DNA of 64,000 bases from Eledone cirrhosa (GCA_964016885.1 OZ024742.1:187798001-187862000), one strand, 5' to 3'. Positions 42,012 through 55,319 are shown, counted from the first letter of the stretch. Made by a program: numbers and translations. The notes: generated from the letters alone by a model not told the origin.

Positions 42012-45000
42012 GTAGATAGATCGACCATCAAGTCGTATCAGCTACGGGAGACGAGTGGAAAAAAGATTCCTTGGTCCGATCTGATGGTCGGTTATTTCCT
42101 TAAGATCAGAGATTTACCGACGATTGTAACAATAACAAGGACATGCTGAATAAAAATAAGAATAATAATGAGAAAAAGAAGTAGTAGTTCAAAGTAAGAA
42201 GTTGTCAGCATGGGAATGTCAGTGAAATACCAAACTTAATAAATGCAGTTGGGACAAAATATGAACATAAAATATGGTGATTTATCGGAAAACTACATGC
42301 AGTGTGAGCAAAAGTTAAAAACACAGCAACAAAAATCGTAATTTTTTACATCAGAAACATTGACATCAAAATGAAGAATACTCAAAATAGTGTTATTTAT
42401 GAGGATTGTGGAATAGCAGAACAGTTTGAGTGTCGGAGAGAATGTCTTGCAGTAGTTTGTCATAAACATTTGCATTCTGATGTTTCATGGCACCAGGGTT
42501 GAACGCTGCCTAGCAACCAGAATCGGTAATATGAAGTACCAGTTAAGTATTGAGGTTACTTTAATTTTTGCTTTTTGTGTCTGTGAGAAAATATTATTAA
42601 TAAGGGTGGTTAGAGGGTCGTGAGATGGCAGTAATTAAAACGCCACACAACTGCTTTAGCCGTATTTGTTCTGGCACGTTACTTTATGGGTTCAAATCCC
42701 GCCGAGCTCAAATTTAATTTCCTCCTTCCAAGGTCGATAAAATAAGTAGTAGAAAGGAACCTGGATTGATATGATTGACTTCACTTCACCACAAATTACT
42801 GACCTTAAAGTTAGAAACCATTATTTATGAAGATGATAGAATTGCACAAACTTTACACTGTCGGACAAAATATCTGGCAATATTTAGTATACTTTCTGAG
42901 TTCAAATCGCACCAAAGTTAGGCATGTTTATCAATCGCATTCATCTTTTCTTATTCCCACATTTTATAAAATGGAGTACTGATCCAGTACCTCGTCAATA
43001 TAATACGCTTTCCATCTCACAAACTGCTACCTTTTAATTAGAATAAAACAAATTACCTCTTGCTATTGATATCTAACCTAGAATGAAGACCTCATATCTA
43101 GGAGGAAGGATTGATATATATATATATACACAACTACACATACATTAGGTTTTATTGACCCCGGGTGGATAAAAGACGGAATTCCAACACAGAAAGTATG
43201 GATATACAACGAAATAACTACGAGCATTTTACCCTGCCACACCACCGATTCCGGCAATCTTAATTATTATCAATATAACTGCAAAGCTCTTATACAAATA
43301 GTGTATTGGAATCAGTGCAGTATATTTTCATGAAAATCCGTGATAACTGTGAATTGCATGTTTTTCGTTTGCTTGTCAGGAAGAAACATATGAACTCCGT
43401 GTAGTTTTGATAATTTTTAAATGGAATTTTTCTCCAGCTGAAATTTATCACGCATTTGCCGAACTATTTATGTCGAGCTTCTACCTTATTGTGGTTTATT
43501 TATAGTAGAATGCGCCATCGTTACTAAGAACATTTAAGGAAATAAGGAAAAAATATAACCAAATTCTATTCACATCGACATTAATAGGTTAAAAATAAAC
43601 TATTATAAACGTTCCACGTTATATAGCGCTTTGCATGTTTTAATCTTCGGATGTTGTCGTACGGGTGTTATTTAATCACAGGTAAACACTCACAGAGCAA
43701 ACATTTAATCCAATATATTCTAGTAGTGATCCATTCATCTTTTTAGGCAAAGTTTAGTTTTCACAATATCCAATATTAATTTCCTTCGAGAGATTTTGTT
43801 TACTACTTCTATCAGCTCTAGCGAGAACATAGAGAGACCCATGTTGGTTCCTCTAAACCTAAGAGATCGAATCACATATTACTTATACTTGACAGCGGAA
43901 AAATTAATATCGTTTATCTTAATGGGGCTTGATATGTGTAGCAAAGAATTCTTTACAATAACGCGTCCAATTTTGTTATAATATTGGTTTATTGTTTTAG
44001 AAAAGACATTGTAATTTCTTGTATCCTATTTCTTCAGACATCTTTCTATATTAATAACCTTTTTGGCTTAAAGATGTTTTTCAAACGTCCGCTTAGGAAA
44101 TGTTATAAATTTAACGATATTTACAAAATAAATCTTCTACAAAGCCAGACAAAAGACAATATATATTTCTGTGTGTTCATTATTTTGTACAGATTGGCAA
44201 AATCGTTAGTGGTGGTCGAAACAATGTGTGTTAAGTTACAGATATTTAGGCCATGAGTTCATATCCAATCGTTATTAACTTTGTGTTTCATCTTTCCTTG
44301 TTCGATAGATGTATATTAGAAGTGACCTAGTGGGGTTGATATCGACTGTCTTGTGTCTGTGTTAGAAGACATTCTGGTTTTATTAAATATATTGTGTTTT
44401 CAAACGCTACTTCAGTGGTTGTTATATAGATGAGACTAGTAAACCGACCTAGTTGGATGTTTGCCACATACATTGCTTTATATCCCAGATTAGGGGTGGG
44501 TGGGTGCTGATCCTTTCGCTATCATATTTCTCATGAAAATTCAGTCTATGATTTTCAAATAATTTTGAAAAGAATCAAGAACTTGAAGTCGTTTAGTAAT
44601 ATAATTAACTTTATCACCACAAAGCTGGCGTTTCAAACGCAATTTACCAAACTATCTCATTATGATGGAAGTTTTTTTAGGTAAATAAAAACACCTTAAA
44701 ATAGACAGGTTTGTAACAAGGAACCATGGCTCGTTTGAAATCGTTTGTTATCAAACGGGTTAAATGTCGCTCCTTTCCTTTAATGAGTGCACGACCACTA
44801 AAATGTGTCTAGTGTTTATGATAGGGACAATATTTTATTTGCACATTCTTTATTTATTGTGTCCTTGATCAAAAATAAAACTCATATATATAGCAATTAG
44901 GTTGGTAATTTAGATTGAAGTTTTGGCACAGAAATCTAAACATATATTACTAGACTAAGCTACTTTGGAAAATGAATTAGCCTTAATCCGCTTAAATACA

Positions 45001-46176
45001 ATATAGATACTTATAATAATAAAAAAAATGATAATTTTGATGTGTATAATGTTGATTATATGTACAAGAAATAGCTTAATATAGTAGACACTTGGGACTA
45101 GCCTGGAGAAGCAAATCTTGTTTATGAAGACGCGTTGGCAATGTTATCAATACATCACATGTTGTTAATACGGATTTGCTAAACTCCTTATAGTTGATAT
45201 TATTAGATACTTTACATAGCTGCTTGCACTTCTGATGAAAATTACTCACAAATAAATAAATGGATAACGTACCCTCTTTACATACACATCGAGGCCTAAT
45301 GGTTAAGTTATTGTTCTTAGGCACGTAATGCAGGTGTTTATTTCCTCAACTGAGTTGCACGTTGTGTTCTGCCAAGTTTTAAATAAGTCCCAACACTACC
45401 AAGAGCTACTATGGGTTAAACCCTAAGGGGTGAGTTTTGTACTCTGTCACTTAAACATTATGAATCCAGGTTAAGTCCTGGCCTGATGAAGTCAACCAGT
45501 ACAACACGCATGTGCGCGAAATGTTCGTCTACCAAATTGTGCTCATAAGCCATTCGCGCACGCGAACACACGCAAATACACAATTTCTATGTATGTATGA
45601 ATGCTTTGTCACCGCCGACCCAACCATTGGTAAGTAGGATGATTTTGGGCACCCTGACGGTTGAAGAACAAAGCCGTCCAATAATGTATTTTATCTTTTG
45701 TGGAGCGAGAGACTACTAGCCTTTATTAAAACCTCTCTCTAGGATAAAGTTACTCTGATAAAACCTGCACCTTCGTTTCCATCCCGTGCTGCAGACCAGT
45801 TCTACTTTTTGAGTAAATGCACTCGATGTTCAAAGAGTGGGATTAGTCCCATGCAAAGCCTTTTCTCACTTAAAAAAGCTTCAAGCAAGGTCATCGCTTA
45901 ATATGTGACTTTTTCGTTTCGCGAAATCTAAAATCCCTAGCCGGACAAATCAGTCACGTTCGTGATGCTCATATGCTAAAGGATCAGGTGATGGCCTTAA
46001 CTTAAATCGAGTTTCGGCCATAGCGTATGTATATTTCCATATTTGTAGGTGTGCGTATACGCATGTATGTAAATACATATATACATATATATTTATAAAT
46101 TATATGCATATATACGTATATGAATTTACATACATACGTATACGAACACCCACAAAAATGGAAACATACATACATA

Positions 46177-46213
<37 letters not shown>

Positions 46214-46217
46214 AAAC

Positions 46218-46525
46218 AGATGAAATCGAAAATGCAACTGGAGTCTTATTTTTAAAATATATATATATATTTATTTGGTTCCTTTACCGGTTTCGCAGTT
46301 CTTCTGCTTTTCAAAAGTAGTGTTGAGATGGAGGGTCTGTGGTTTTTCTCACATCTACCAAATGTGAGAAAAACCACAGACCCTCCGGATGTGAGAAAAA
46401 CCACAGACACTCCATCTCAACTTTACTTTTGAAAAGCAGATGAACTGCGAAACCGGTAAATGAACCAAATAAATATATATATATATTTTAAAAATAAGAC
46501 TCCAGTTGCATTTTCGATTTCATCT
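46218..46525. repeat. About 138-bp inverted repeat with a decayed hammerhead in each arm
   Basis: Arms 46218-46355 / 46388-46525; TTGAAAA GCAG-ATGAA-CTGC GAAA CCGGT A at 46429-46458 (palindromic stem III ACCGGT). Confidence 0.88.
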
Positions 46526-46620
46526 CTTTTTCTTTATACTTTCACTCGTGTAGGACACCTCGGTTATTTTTAATTTTGTAAAAAAAACCTCACTTTCTAA
46601 TATATATATATATATATAAT

Positions 46621-46666
<46 letters not shown>

Positions 46667-46711
46667 GTAAAATAAATAAGTCAAATGTTTAAAATTTAGC
46701 TTGTTTATTAC

Positions 46712-46763
46712 TGCAATATATATTTCGGTGACAGCCATCTTTAGCTGTGACCTGTTCAGGCAC
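46712..46763 (-). ncRNA. Decayed hammerhead of the same family as 18183
   Basis: TGC CTGAACA GGTCACAGC-TAAAGATG-GCTGTCACC GAAA TATATAT T GCA; G8 mutated. Confidence 0.55.
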
Positions 46764-46904
46764 TCCGAATTAGTGTGGTATAGACAAGTACATATGTTGT
46801 TGAGGTGTATAATTTTATCAATACTCTGATATGCCCAGTTCCTGGTTGTTATTTCACTGAGGAACTGGAATCAATATATATATATATGTATATTATATGC
46901 ATAA

Positions 46905-47117
46905 AGGCGTGTGGGTGAGGTTAGAGAATTGGATTAGCAATCATGAGGTTGTGAGTTCTATTCCTGGAGAGAAGCGATGCGTTATATCCTTGAGCAAGTC
47001 ACTTTATTTCACGTTGCTCCTTCTACCTGGAGTTGCGACCGATAGATAGAATTAGCAATTGGAAAGACCAACGGAAACGTTGTTTCCTCGGTCCGATTTA
47101 ACGAAAGTCGATCGAAC
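46905..47117 (+). mobile_element. tRNA-head SINE, paralog of 24563-24781
   Basis: Colinear similarity to the 24.6-kb copy. Confidence 0.75.
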
Positions 47118-47203
47118 CTTTATATTATATGCCTGTGTAAGTAAATACCGTGCATGCGATATTAGATTGTTATATGTATGCATGTGTCTGTCTATAATAT
47201 GTG

Positions 47204-47234
<31 letters not shown>

Positions 47235-47570
47235 GTGTGTGTGTATGCATATGTGTGTATATGTTCATATGTGTGCATATATGTGTGCGTATATGCATAT
47301 GTGTGTGTATATATATATATGTGTGTGTGTGTATGCCTATGTCTGTGCATATATATGTATATATATATATATGAGTGTGTATGCGTATGTATATATATAT
47401 ATATAATGTGTGTTTGTGTGTGTGTGAATGCGTCTGTATATATATGTGTGTGTGTATGTGTATATGCCTACGTATGTGTATATATATATATATATATATA
47501 CACGCATGACGTTATTGTTTTGATTCTACGCTGAATTTCTATATATACCATTGCCATATATGAGTTCTCC

Positions 47571-47683
47571 AGTATTCTGAGGATTTGATCAGAGGTAAAC
47601 ACTGAATTTAAGGTCGAGTGACGCAACTTCGAGTGATTAGCGGCCTTTAGACTCACCTGATCAATCAAACAACTGTTAATACT
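47571..47683 (+). ncRNA. Hammerhead copy in the 5' pLTR, core mutated (GAAA to CAAA)
   Basis: Same fold as 50901-51013 but reads TCAAT CAAAC, i.e. G12C; predicted inactive. Confidence 0.65.
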
Positions 47684-47944
47684 TGAAATAAAGTTGTACA
47701 GCCAACCATAGTATTCTTCATTCTTTCACCATTATTACTCCAACTATAACCTGCATAGTAATTCTCGCGAACTCGGTACATAACTATGAAAACCTCTTGT
47801 TGAGTCAAACATAGCCGTACGTTAAAACTAACTACAATACAATGTACTCACAACCTCTAACTGGATTACCTATAACGATAACTTTTTATACCATATAACC
47901 AACTCCCACCAGGTTGAGCAACAACCCTAACGCATGGCACCATC

Positions 47945-50272
47945 ATGGAAAAGCACCACATAGGCATGTCCTTAAAAAGATACTTATACCTACAATCAAG
48001 GACTATACACTCGGCATGATACAGCGTACTAATGACTTCATCTGTCGAAGCCGATGGCAGGCCTATCATTACGATAAAGACACGCTAATAACACGGAGGA
48101 GTTTACTAGGGAAAAATACGGATTCAAATCCTGCAAAAATCCACCGAATAACCCCCAGCTTGATGCCTTCGAACTCGACCTCATGAACATGATAAGTGGA
48201 ACCAAATTCAAAACACTTACGGGTTATAACAAACTGCAAAACGACATCAATGCACTACTGAACGAACGCTATTATAGTAAAAGCAGACAAAACATCAAAT
48301 GTATACACCATGAACTTTAACACATACAATAACTGTATACGCCGTGAACTACACAAAGAATACAAGAAAACTACAGAATCTACACCCACAAGCATTAATA
48401 AGGTAGGACTTAGCATAGTAAAAAAAAAAATGAAAATAACTGATAGAACTGAGCCTCCAACCCCTTGTGACCCCACATTTAACCTAAAGGATCATAAAAA
48501 TAATTTCGAAACAGACCCAACAATTAGATTAATATGTCCATCGAAGTCGGATACAGGTGTAATTTGGAAGTATATACTAGATAGAGTAATAGCAAAAATC
48601 AAGGACAAATTAATAATTAAGCTAGGGGGTAACAATAACGAAGCAATAGACTGGTTCAGCAAAATAGACAGTAGGGAAACATCCAACTTCGTACAGTTTG
48701 ACATTAATGACTACTACTCTTCCATCTCCCCAGTCACCCTTTATAAAGCACTAGCATTTGCCCAGAAAAACTCGGACCTAACCTCTGATAAAATTAAAAT
48801 AATACTAGCTGCTAAGAGAACTATCATTAGATTCGAAAATATAGACAGAATAGCTTCGATATCACAATGGGATCTAGCGACTCAGCACAGGTAACATACA
48901 TAGTTGGAACATATATAGCGCATAAGTTACGTAATGATTTTAATAATCTCCAAGGAGGAATTTATAGAAACAACACACTCCTTTTAGCCAAGAACTTAAA
49001 TGATCAAACACGGAAAAATTACGGAAAAACAACAAACTAGGCCTAGGTATCACTTTCGAACCTAACTCTAAAAAGCAAACTTCTTAGATGTAACATTCAA
49101 CCTAAACACAGGATTAATAGAGCTATAAAAATAACGAGAATCGTGCCTACATTAGTTATAAATCAAACCACCCGCGATCCATAATTAACTCCATGGCACA
49201 TAGTATATCCCTCAGAATATCCCACCTATCTTCTAACCAAGAGATTTTTAATGAACACGCAAACTACTAAAACATAGCTTTACATAAGGCAGGACATAAG
49301 AAGGGGCTCAAATACCTGCCAGATACAGACAGCAACAACAAACATAACGACAGCTACACTACCCAGACCTATAGAAATAACAAACTTAGAACTAAACATA
49401 GAAATAGACAACGAACACTAGAAATAACTGAACCTAATATAGGGACCCCTACAAACTATAGAGCATCCAGACATAGGAAATACTTATAGTTCAATCCAAT
49501 ATTCAACTGCTCTATAAAAACCAAACTACCTTCTACATCCTTTAAGCTAATAGACAAACACTTCCCTAAAATACACAAATACCATATAATCTTTAACAGA
49601 AAAACTATCAAACTCTCTTACTCTACTGCAGCCAACATAGAATCACACATACATAAAATCAACTACAAATGAATCTCTAAAGAAAATAATCTACCAACAT
49701 ACACCATAGCACCAAATACAATCCACAAACACATAACAACATCACAACCACACACACATCAGGGCGCATCACAACAAAACATTAATAAGCCGAAATCTCA
49801 ACCCACCCATAACAACATACAAAACTGCAAAGGAGTCCCTGTACACAGGAAGGCCCCCAACTGTAACTGCCACCTACCGGATAAGAGCCCACTACAAAAT
49901 ATATGCCTAGAATCAAGTATGGTTTACCTGTGTACTATAAATTCGGGCAACTTGACATAGGTTACACGGCTGGGGAATTCAAAAAAGGATGGTACGTTCA
50001 CAGACACTCTATGAAGAACCGTAAACTAGAGAACTCAGCAACGCTGGCAAATATAATCTGGCAGATTAGGGACTCAAACCAGGAATATAGGATTAGCTGG
50101 TCAAAATTATCGGGAGCAAGGGCCTACAACAATGGAATGTCCCACTGCGGACTTTGCAATATGGAGCTATTCCATTTCTAAGGTATGATAAGATGCTGCT
50201 TAACAACAAAATAGATCAATTTTCTGTAGGTACAAAGAAGCTACCGAGTTCACAACTTTCAAACCAACATGA
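47945..50272 (+). pseudogene. Frameshifted PLE polyprotein (N-terminus, RT, GIY-YIG)
   Basis: Fragments MEKHHIGMSLK/ILIPT..FICRSRWQAY, LKDHKNNF..RLICPSKS, FVQFDINDYYSSI (RT motif A), FDITMGSSDSAQV (motif B), GGIYRNNTL (YRDD decayed to YRNN), FLDVTFNL, SNHP, HFPKIHKYHIIFNRKTIKLSYS, CNC..PL..CL..MVY, IGYTAGEFK, CGLC; many stops and frameshifts. Confidence 0.9.
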
Positions 50273-50900
50273 TTCAACCCACCAATCTCAAAATTCGAGC
50301 TGAACCACCCGGATTTTAATGTACAGAATACATACCAACACACTGTTATTAGCTGTCAACTGACCAACTGGTCACTAGATCATAAATATCCTAACCTTTC
50401 TTTCACTCTCTCTCACTAAAGCCACATCAACCCCATTAAGATAAGGCAATCAGCACGCACAACATTTACCACACACACATATCAAAATCCCCCTTCCCCG
50501 CTGTTAGCCCTATCCCTTATGTCTCATCCTAGTATGTATCTCTCACTTAATTTTTAATTTATTGCTTTTTTATCTTTTACCTCTCATTCTTTACTTCCTC
50601 TTATTCTCTAATTCTAATCCTTTGACCACCACGTATGTATGTATATATCTAATGTTGCTTTTCATGTTAGTATTACGTCCCACTCACATTATTATACATG
50701 CACTTACTCACCACCACCACTATTATCAAATATCACATTCTGTACATATATATTTTTTTACTTATTTTTTTATGTTTTTACTTTTTACATCTGTAACTTC
50801 TTTACATCTTTATCTTCCTTACCTCTTTATCATTATATTTTATCATTGATGTTATCGTATCTCTCTCTATATATATACCATTGCCATATGTGAGTTCTCT

Positions 50901-51013
50901 AGTATTCTGAGGATTTGATCAGAGGTAAACACTGTATTTAAGGTGGAGTGACGCAACATCGAGTGAGTAGCGGTCACTATACTCATCTGATCAATGAAAC
51001 ACTTGTTAATACT
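50901..51013 (+). ncRNA. Type I hammerhead with extended stem II in the 3' pLTR (U.U 10.1/11.1, GUU triplet)
   Basis: AGTATT CTGAGGA T TTGATCAGA-[about 62 nt]-TCTGATCAA T GAAA CACTTGT T AATACT: perfect 6-bp stem I, 9-bp stem II, 3-bp stem III. Confidence 0.85.
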
Positions 51014-51073
51014 TGAAATAAAGCTCATTGTTGTACAGCCGACCATGTTATTCTTCATTTCTTCATTTGTTCA

Positions 51074-51119
<46 letters not shown>

Positions 51120-51191
51120 GTGTAAAGTGGTAGCTATGGTGCTTCCATATGCGGTGTGCCAACATTACCACTCGATATTCATCAGAGTAGA

Positions 51192-51226
<35 letters not shown>

Positions 51227-51615
51227 TTGTATATATATGCGAATGTATGTATAAATATATGTGTGCGTGTATATGCGTATGTATGTATATATATATGCGT
51301 ATGTATGTATATATATATGTGTGTGTATGTCTATATACATGTGTGTGTGTGTGTGTGTATGTATGTGCGTATATGCGTATGTATGGGTACATATATATAT
51401 GTGTGTGTCTGTGTGTGTGTGTGTGTATGTCGATATCTCTGTCGTATAAGTGTTATGATTGTTTTTACACAACTAATAATCCCAGTGGGGCTGCATGTCA
51501 TTCATTATAGTTCAACTAGACAGTGTCATATTCCCATAGTTTTTTTATGTTTATGTTCTAATACTGCAGCCCAACATTGACTCGATAGGAGTAGTTCATA
51601 CACACGCACGCATAT

Positions 51616-51708
<93 letters not shown>

Positions 51709-51710
51709 CA

Positions 51711-51759
<49 letters not shown>

Positions 51760-52346
51760 GCATGTCTCTCAGACATGACACCCTTAATTTTATTTTGTAT
51801 ATATATATATATATAAATGGAAAAAATGAAACGAAATTTCGTTTCTCACTCTTAGTACGGCTGTTACTTAAATATAAGTATGTATACGTACATACGTATA
51901 TGTATACAGACGTACAGTAGTATCTCTCTATATATATATACATACATGTACACATATATATATGTACGTATGGATTTACCAAACATTTATTATAATGCTC
52001 TGTTTGTTTGTAAACAAACAGCCCGAATTAAGCCGTACAGTTTTAGCAACTATCGTTGCCCCTTTTTTGAACACTGTCAAAGGAACGATGTACTAGTTTC
52101 AAGCTTATTAGCTATCCTGAGCACCATATACCTTCCTGCGAGATGATTGAACGTCTGAAAGTAGACACTTTCCTTATCCATATTAACGGCTGTAGCCTAA
52201 TTTACATATCGAGTGTGTTAATCGGCCTGGCGCACCGAAAACGATAAATGGAAAAAATGAAACGAAATTTCATTTCTCACTCTTAGTACGGTTGTTACTT
52301 AAATGTAAGTATATATACGTACATAAATGTACGTATGTATACAGAC

Positions 52347-52400
<54 letters not shown>

Positions 52401-52507
52401 ATAATAATAAATTTGAAGACTAAAATCCAAAGATGGCTCGATAAGGATAAATATATATCAAATATATGAGAACCGTAGAGCAAATATTTTTTAAAATAAC
52501 AGATTAA

Positions 52508-52558
52508 AGTTTAAGCAAAGAATCGCTGCTTTCACCCTTAACGGGATCTTCTGAAACT
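52508..52558 (-). ncRNA. Hammerhead-fold motif with CAGAAGA core (also 57401-57451 and 62294-62344 on -; decayed copies 54917-54967, 55953-56003, 59810-59860 on +)
   Basis: AGTTT CAGAAGA T CCC-GTTAA-GGG T GAAA GCAG-CGATTCT-TTGCT T AAACT: stems I, II and III all pair; U4 replaced by A; CUU triplet. Confidence 0.72.
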
Positions 52559-53469
52559 AACAAAGTCAATCTGTAAACGCAGAAGTGGATATTTCAAAAA
52601 ACGTTGCAACCGAAGGAATACAGGAAGACGATATTTGGTTCGTGGACACGTTCCCTGGCAAAGAACGGGAAAAAACAAATATAATACGTCATTAATAGGA
52701 GCGGTGAAAAACAATTACACGGAAAGACAGAACCACGTTTGTGGTATAAAAGAAGTCGTACACTAATGTTCTCGTAGGTGGTTCATAGAGACGTTCTCTG
52801 GCAATGAACGAAAAAAAAACCGAAGATAATACGTCATATATCGATCGTGGAGAACGCAAAGACAAAACCACGTAAATGGTATAGCTGAAGTCGGAAACCG
52901 AATGATTCTCCGCTTCAGAGTTAAGAATAAAGTAAATAAAATACAATACAGAGGTAATTGAAATTAAATAAATACATACACGCATCCAAATACGTACTTA
53001 CACAAGCATACGCGAAAACACTCGCCATAGGTATACAAAACCACGCACATATACATATGTGTATGTGTGCGTGTATACAAATAAATAAGTAATTAAATAA
53101 ACGTATATAAATAAATAAATACGTATATAACAAGCGCACACACATACCTACATGTAAATACACAAATGATCGGAGACTACGTCAACCAAAACATGAAGTA
53201 CACATATACACACACCCAACATACGTACAAACCCGCATACTCACACAGACGCAAAACTCCCGTATACACATAACCGAAAGCATATGTACCAGAATATATA
53301 AAAATATACGCCATAACATATACAATCAAATATACGTACGAGAAAGTATACGTACCTTCACAAAACATACAGGTAATATATACTTACCTATGCAAATATG
53401 TAATGGTATAAACATAACATATACTTAGCTACCACACCAAGGCGTAACATATCTACGTATAGATCGTAC

Positions 53470-54450
53470 TATCCGTTAGGGTATAATGTGGGGCTGTAAT
53501 ACAGGAAAGTTATGTGCAATTTATGTTTACAAGCCGAAATTGCCTCAGATTTTTTTGTTTAAGATGTCGTCTGTGGCGTAGAGTATTTCCAGGGCCTCAG
53601 CTGCGCAGAGGTCACATGGTCTTTTATTTTCGTTATACGATCTAGCCCTAGCTAGGATCTCCCAATGTAACTTATATTGGGTATGGTTGTCTTTTAGACT
53701 CCAGATATGAGCTGAAAGTGACGTCAGATTCCTTCTTAGAGGGTAACGAAAAGAATGGGTATGCATGTAAAGACGCTGCTTGAATATATTGGCGGTTAAC
53801 CCTATGTAGGCCCGGCGGGACGTGGGTGTTTCAACCTTACATTTGTAGACAATGTTACTAGAGAGACATATCCCGGATAGGGGGCAATCAACCTGATTCC
53901 TACAATTACAGTTAGTACTAACTACATGGTTGCACGTGTTCCTACTGCTAGGTAATTTAGCTAAATTTGAAGCTGTGATGTTATGTGCAAGGTTAGGAGT
54001 CGTAGAGTAAGACATTTTAATGGTGTTTCTATTAAAAATGTAACTATATTTATGTGTAGGGGGAAAATGCTTCATAATAAGGGATAGAAATATCTTCGCT
54101 AATGGTGTGGCCACCTCGATATTATATGGTGGGTTATACCATATAATGCGACGAGATCTATTTCTTCTAGGTCTATTCTCGTACTGTGTATATGCTACCT
54201 TATCGAGAAATCCACTCCGAGTAAGAGCTTAATTATAATAAGTGGAATGGTCGTTGAAAATATGCTCGTTAGTAGATAGACGGGAAAGCCTCAAAGAAAC
54301 GTTTCTTACCAGGTTCTTGGTTTTGCTGGCAGGATGGTTGGAATGCTTACTTATGCAATTAAGCGTATCATTCGGCTTTCTATACGGGTAATTCAAGCCA
54401 TTATATACATTGAGAGTAACGTCTATGTAATTAACGACCGAGAGGTTGCC
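53470..54450 (-). pseudogene. 5'-truncated Naiad-like PLE ORF (RT thumb, linker, GIY-YIG), array copy 1
   Basis: VNYIDVTLNV..PYRKPN..SNHP..(one TAA)..IIWYNPPYN..HFPPTHKYSYIFNRNTIKMSYS..CNCRNQVDCPLSGICLSSNIVYKC..YIGLT..FKQR..CDLC..LNKK; a +1 A frameshift hides the SEAISACKHK tail. Confidence 0.93.
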
Positions 54451-54985
54451 CTATGTATTTGGATGCGTGTATGTATTTATTTAATTTCAATTACCTCTGT
54501 ATTGTATTTTATTTACTTTATTCTTAACTCTGAAGCGGAGAATCATTCGGTTTCCTAGTTAGTATTTTAGTGTACGACTTCAGCTATACCATTTACGTGG
54601 TTTTGTTTTTGCGTGCAATTGTTCTCCACGCGCCACATATGACGTATTATCTTCGTTTTTTTCCGTTCATTGCCAGAGAACGTCTCTATGAACCACCTAA
54701 GAGAACATTAGTTTACGACTTCTTTTATACCATAAACGTGGTTCTGTCTTTGCGTGTAATTGTTTTTCGCCGCTCCTATTAATGACGTATTACATTTGTT
54801 TTGTCCCGTTCTTTGCCAGGGAACGTTTCCACGAACCAAAGTACCGTCTTCCTGTCTTCCTCCGGTTGCAATTTCTTTTGAAATATCCACTTCTGCGTTT
54901 AAAGATTGACTTGGATAGTTTCAGAAGATCCCGTTAAGGGTGAAAGCAGCGATTCTTTGATTAAACTGTAATCTGTTATTTTAAT

Positions 54986-55018
<33 letters not shown>

Positions 55019-55202
55019 ACGAAGGAAATGTGGTAAGGAACCAGATGGACATATATATATAAGGAACCAGATGAATATATATATATATAACCAAAGATTA
55101 ATATGGTTCATTGATTACTCAATGAATATAATTTTATAATACATTAATAGCACTCTACAACGAAGTTTTCTTGAGTTAATGTCTTCATTTATTAATATTC
55201 TG

Positions 55203-55254
<52 letters not shown>

Positions 55255-55319
55255 GTTATTCCGGGTTGAATCGGAGGTAACCACAGTAAGTAAGGTACTC
55301 AATACATAGCAGAGTATAA

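Larger units (their letters stand above)
47541..51077 (+). mobile_element. Near full-length decayed Penelope-like element (Naiad-like) with direct pLTRs
   Basis: About 180-bp direct repeats at 47541-47722 and 50871-51060 (offset 3330) bracket a broken RT/GIY-YIG frame; flanked by (TA)n/(TG)n. Confidence 0.92.
52490..54985 (-). mobile_element. 5'-truncated PLE with inverted pLTR (arms about 52490-52995 and 54454-54985); repeated at 57383-59878
   Basis: 54454-54985 is the reverse complement of 52490-52995 (both give MRVCIYLISITSVLYF.. translations on opposite strands); 5' truncation plus an inverted pLTR is typical of PLEs. Confidence 0.88.

Noticed and set aside
53545-53547. TGA ending the GIY-YIG ORF as a selenocysteine codon (some Naiad PLEs are reported to encode selenoproteins)
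   Set aside because: It is not at a Cys position; removing one A from the A7 run restores LNKKSEAISACKHK; I saw no SECIS-like AUGA/AA/GA hairpin downstream
53545-54114. Stand-alone or domesticated GIY-YIG nuclease gene in three copies
   Set aside because: The GTG start is internal; the upstream frame continues into the PLE RT thumb with a stop, and identity between copies reflects recent tandem duplication
55030-55100. Short direct repeats AAGGAACCAGATG as a CRISPR-like array
   Set aside because: Only two full units separated by (TA)n, eukaryotic context, no cas genes
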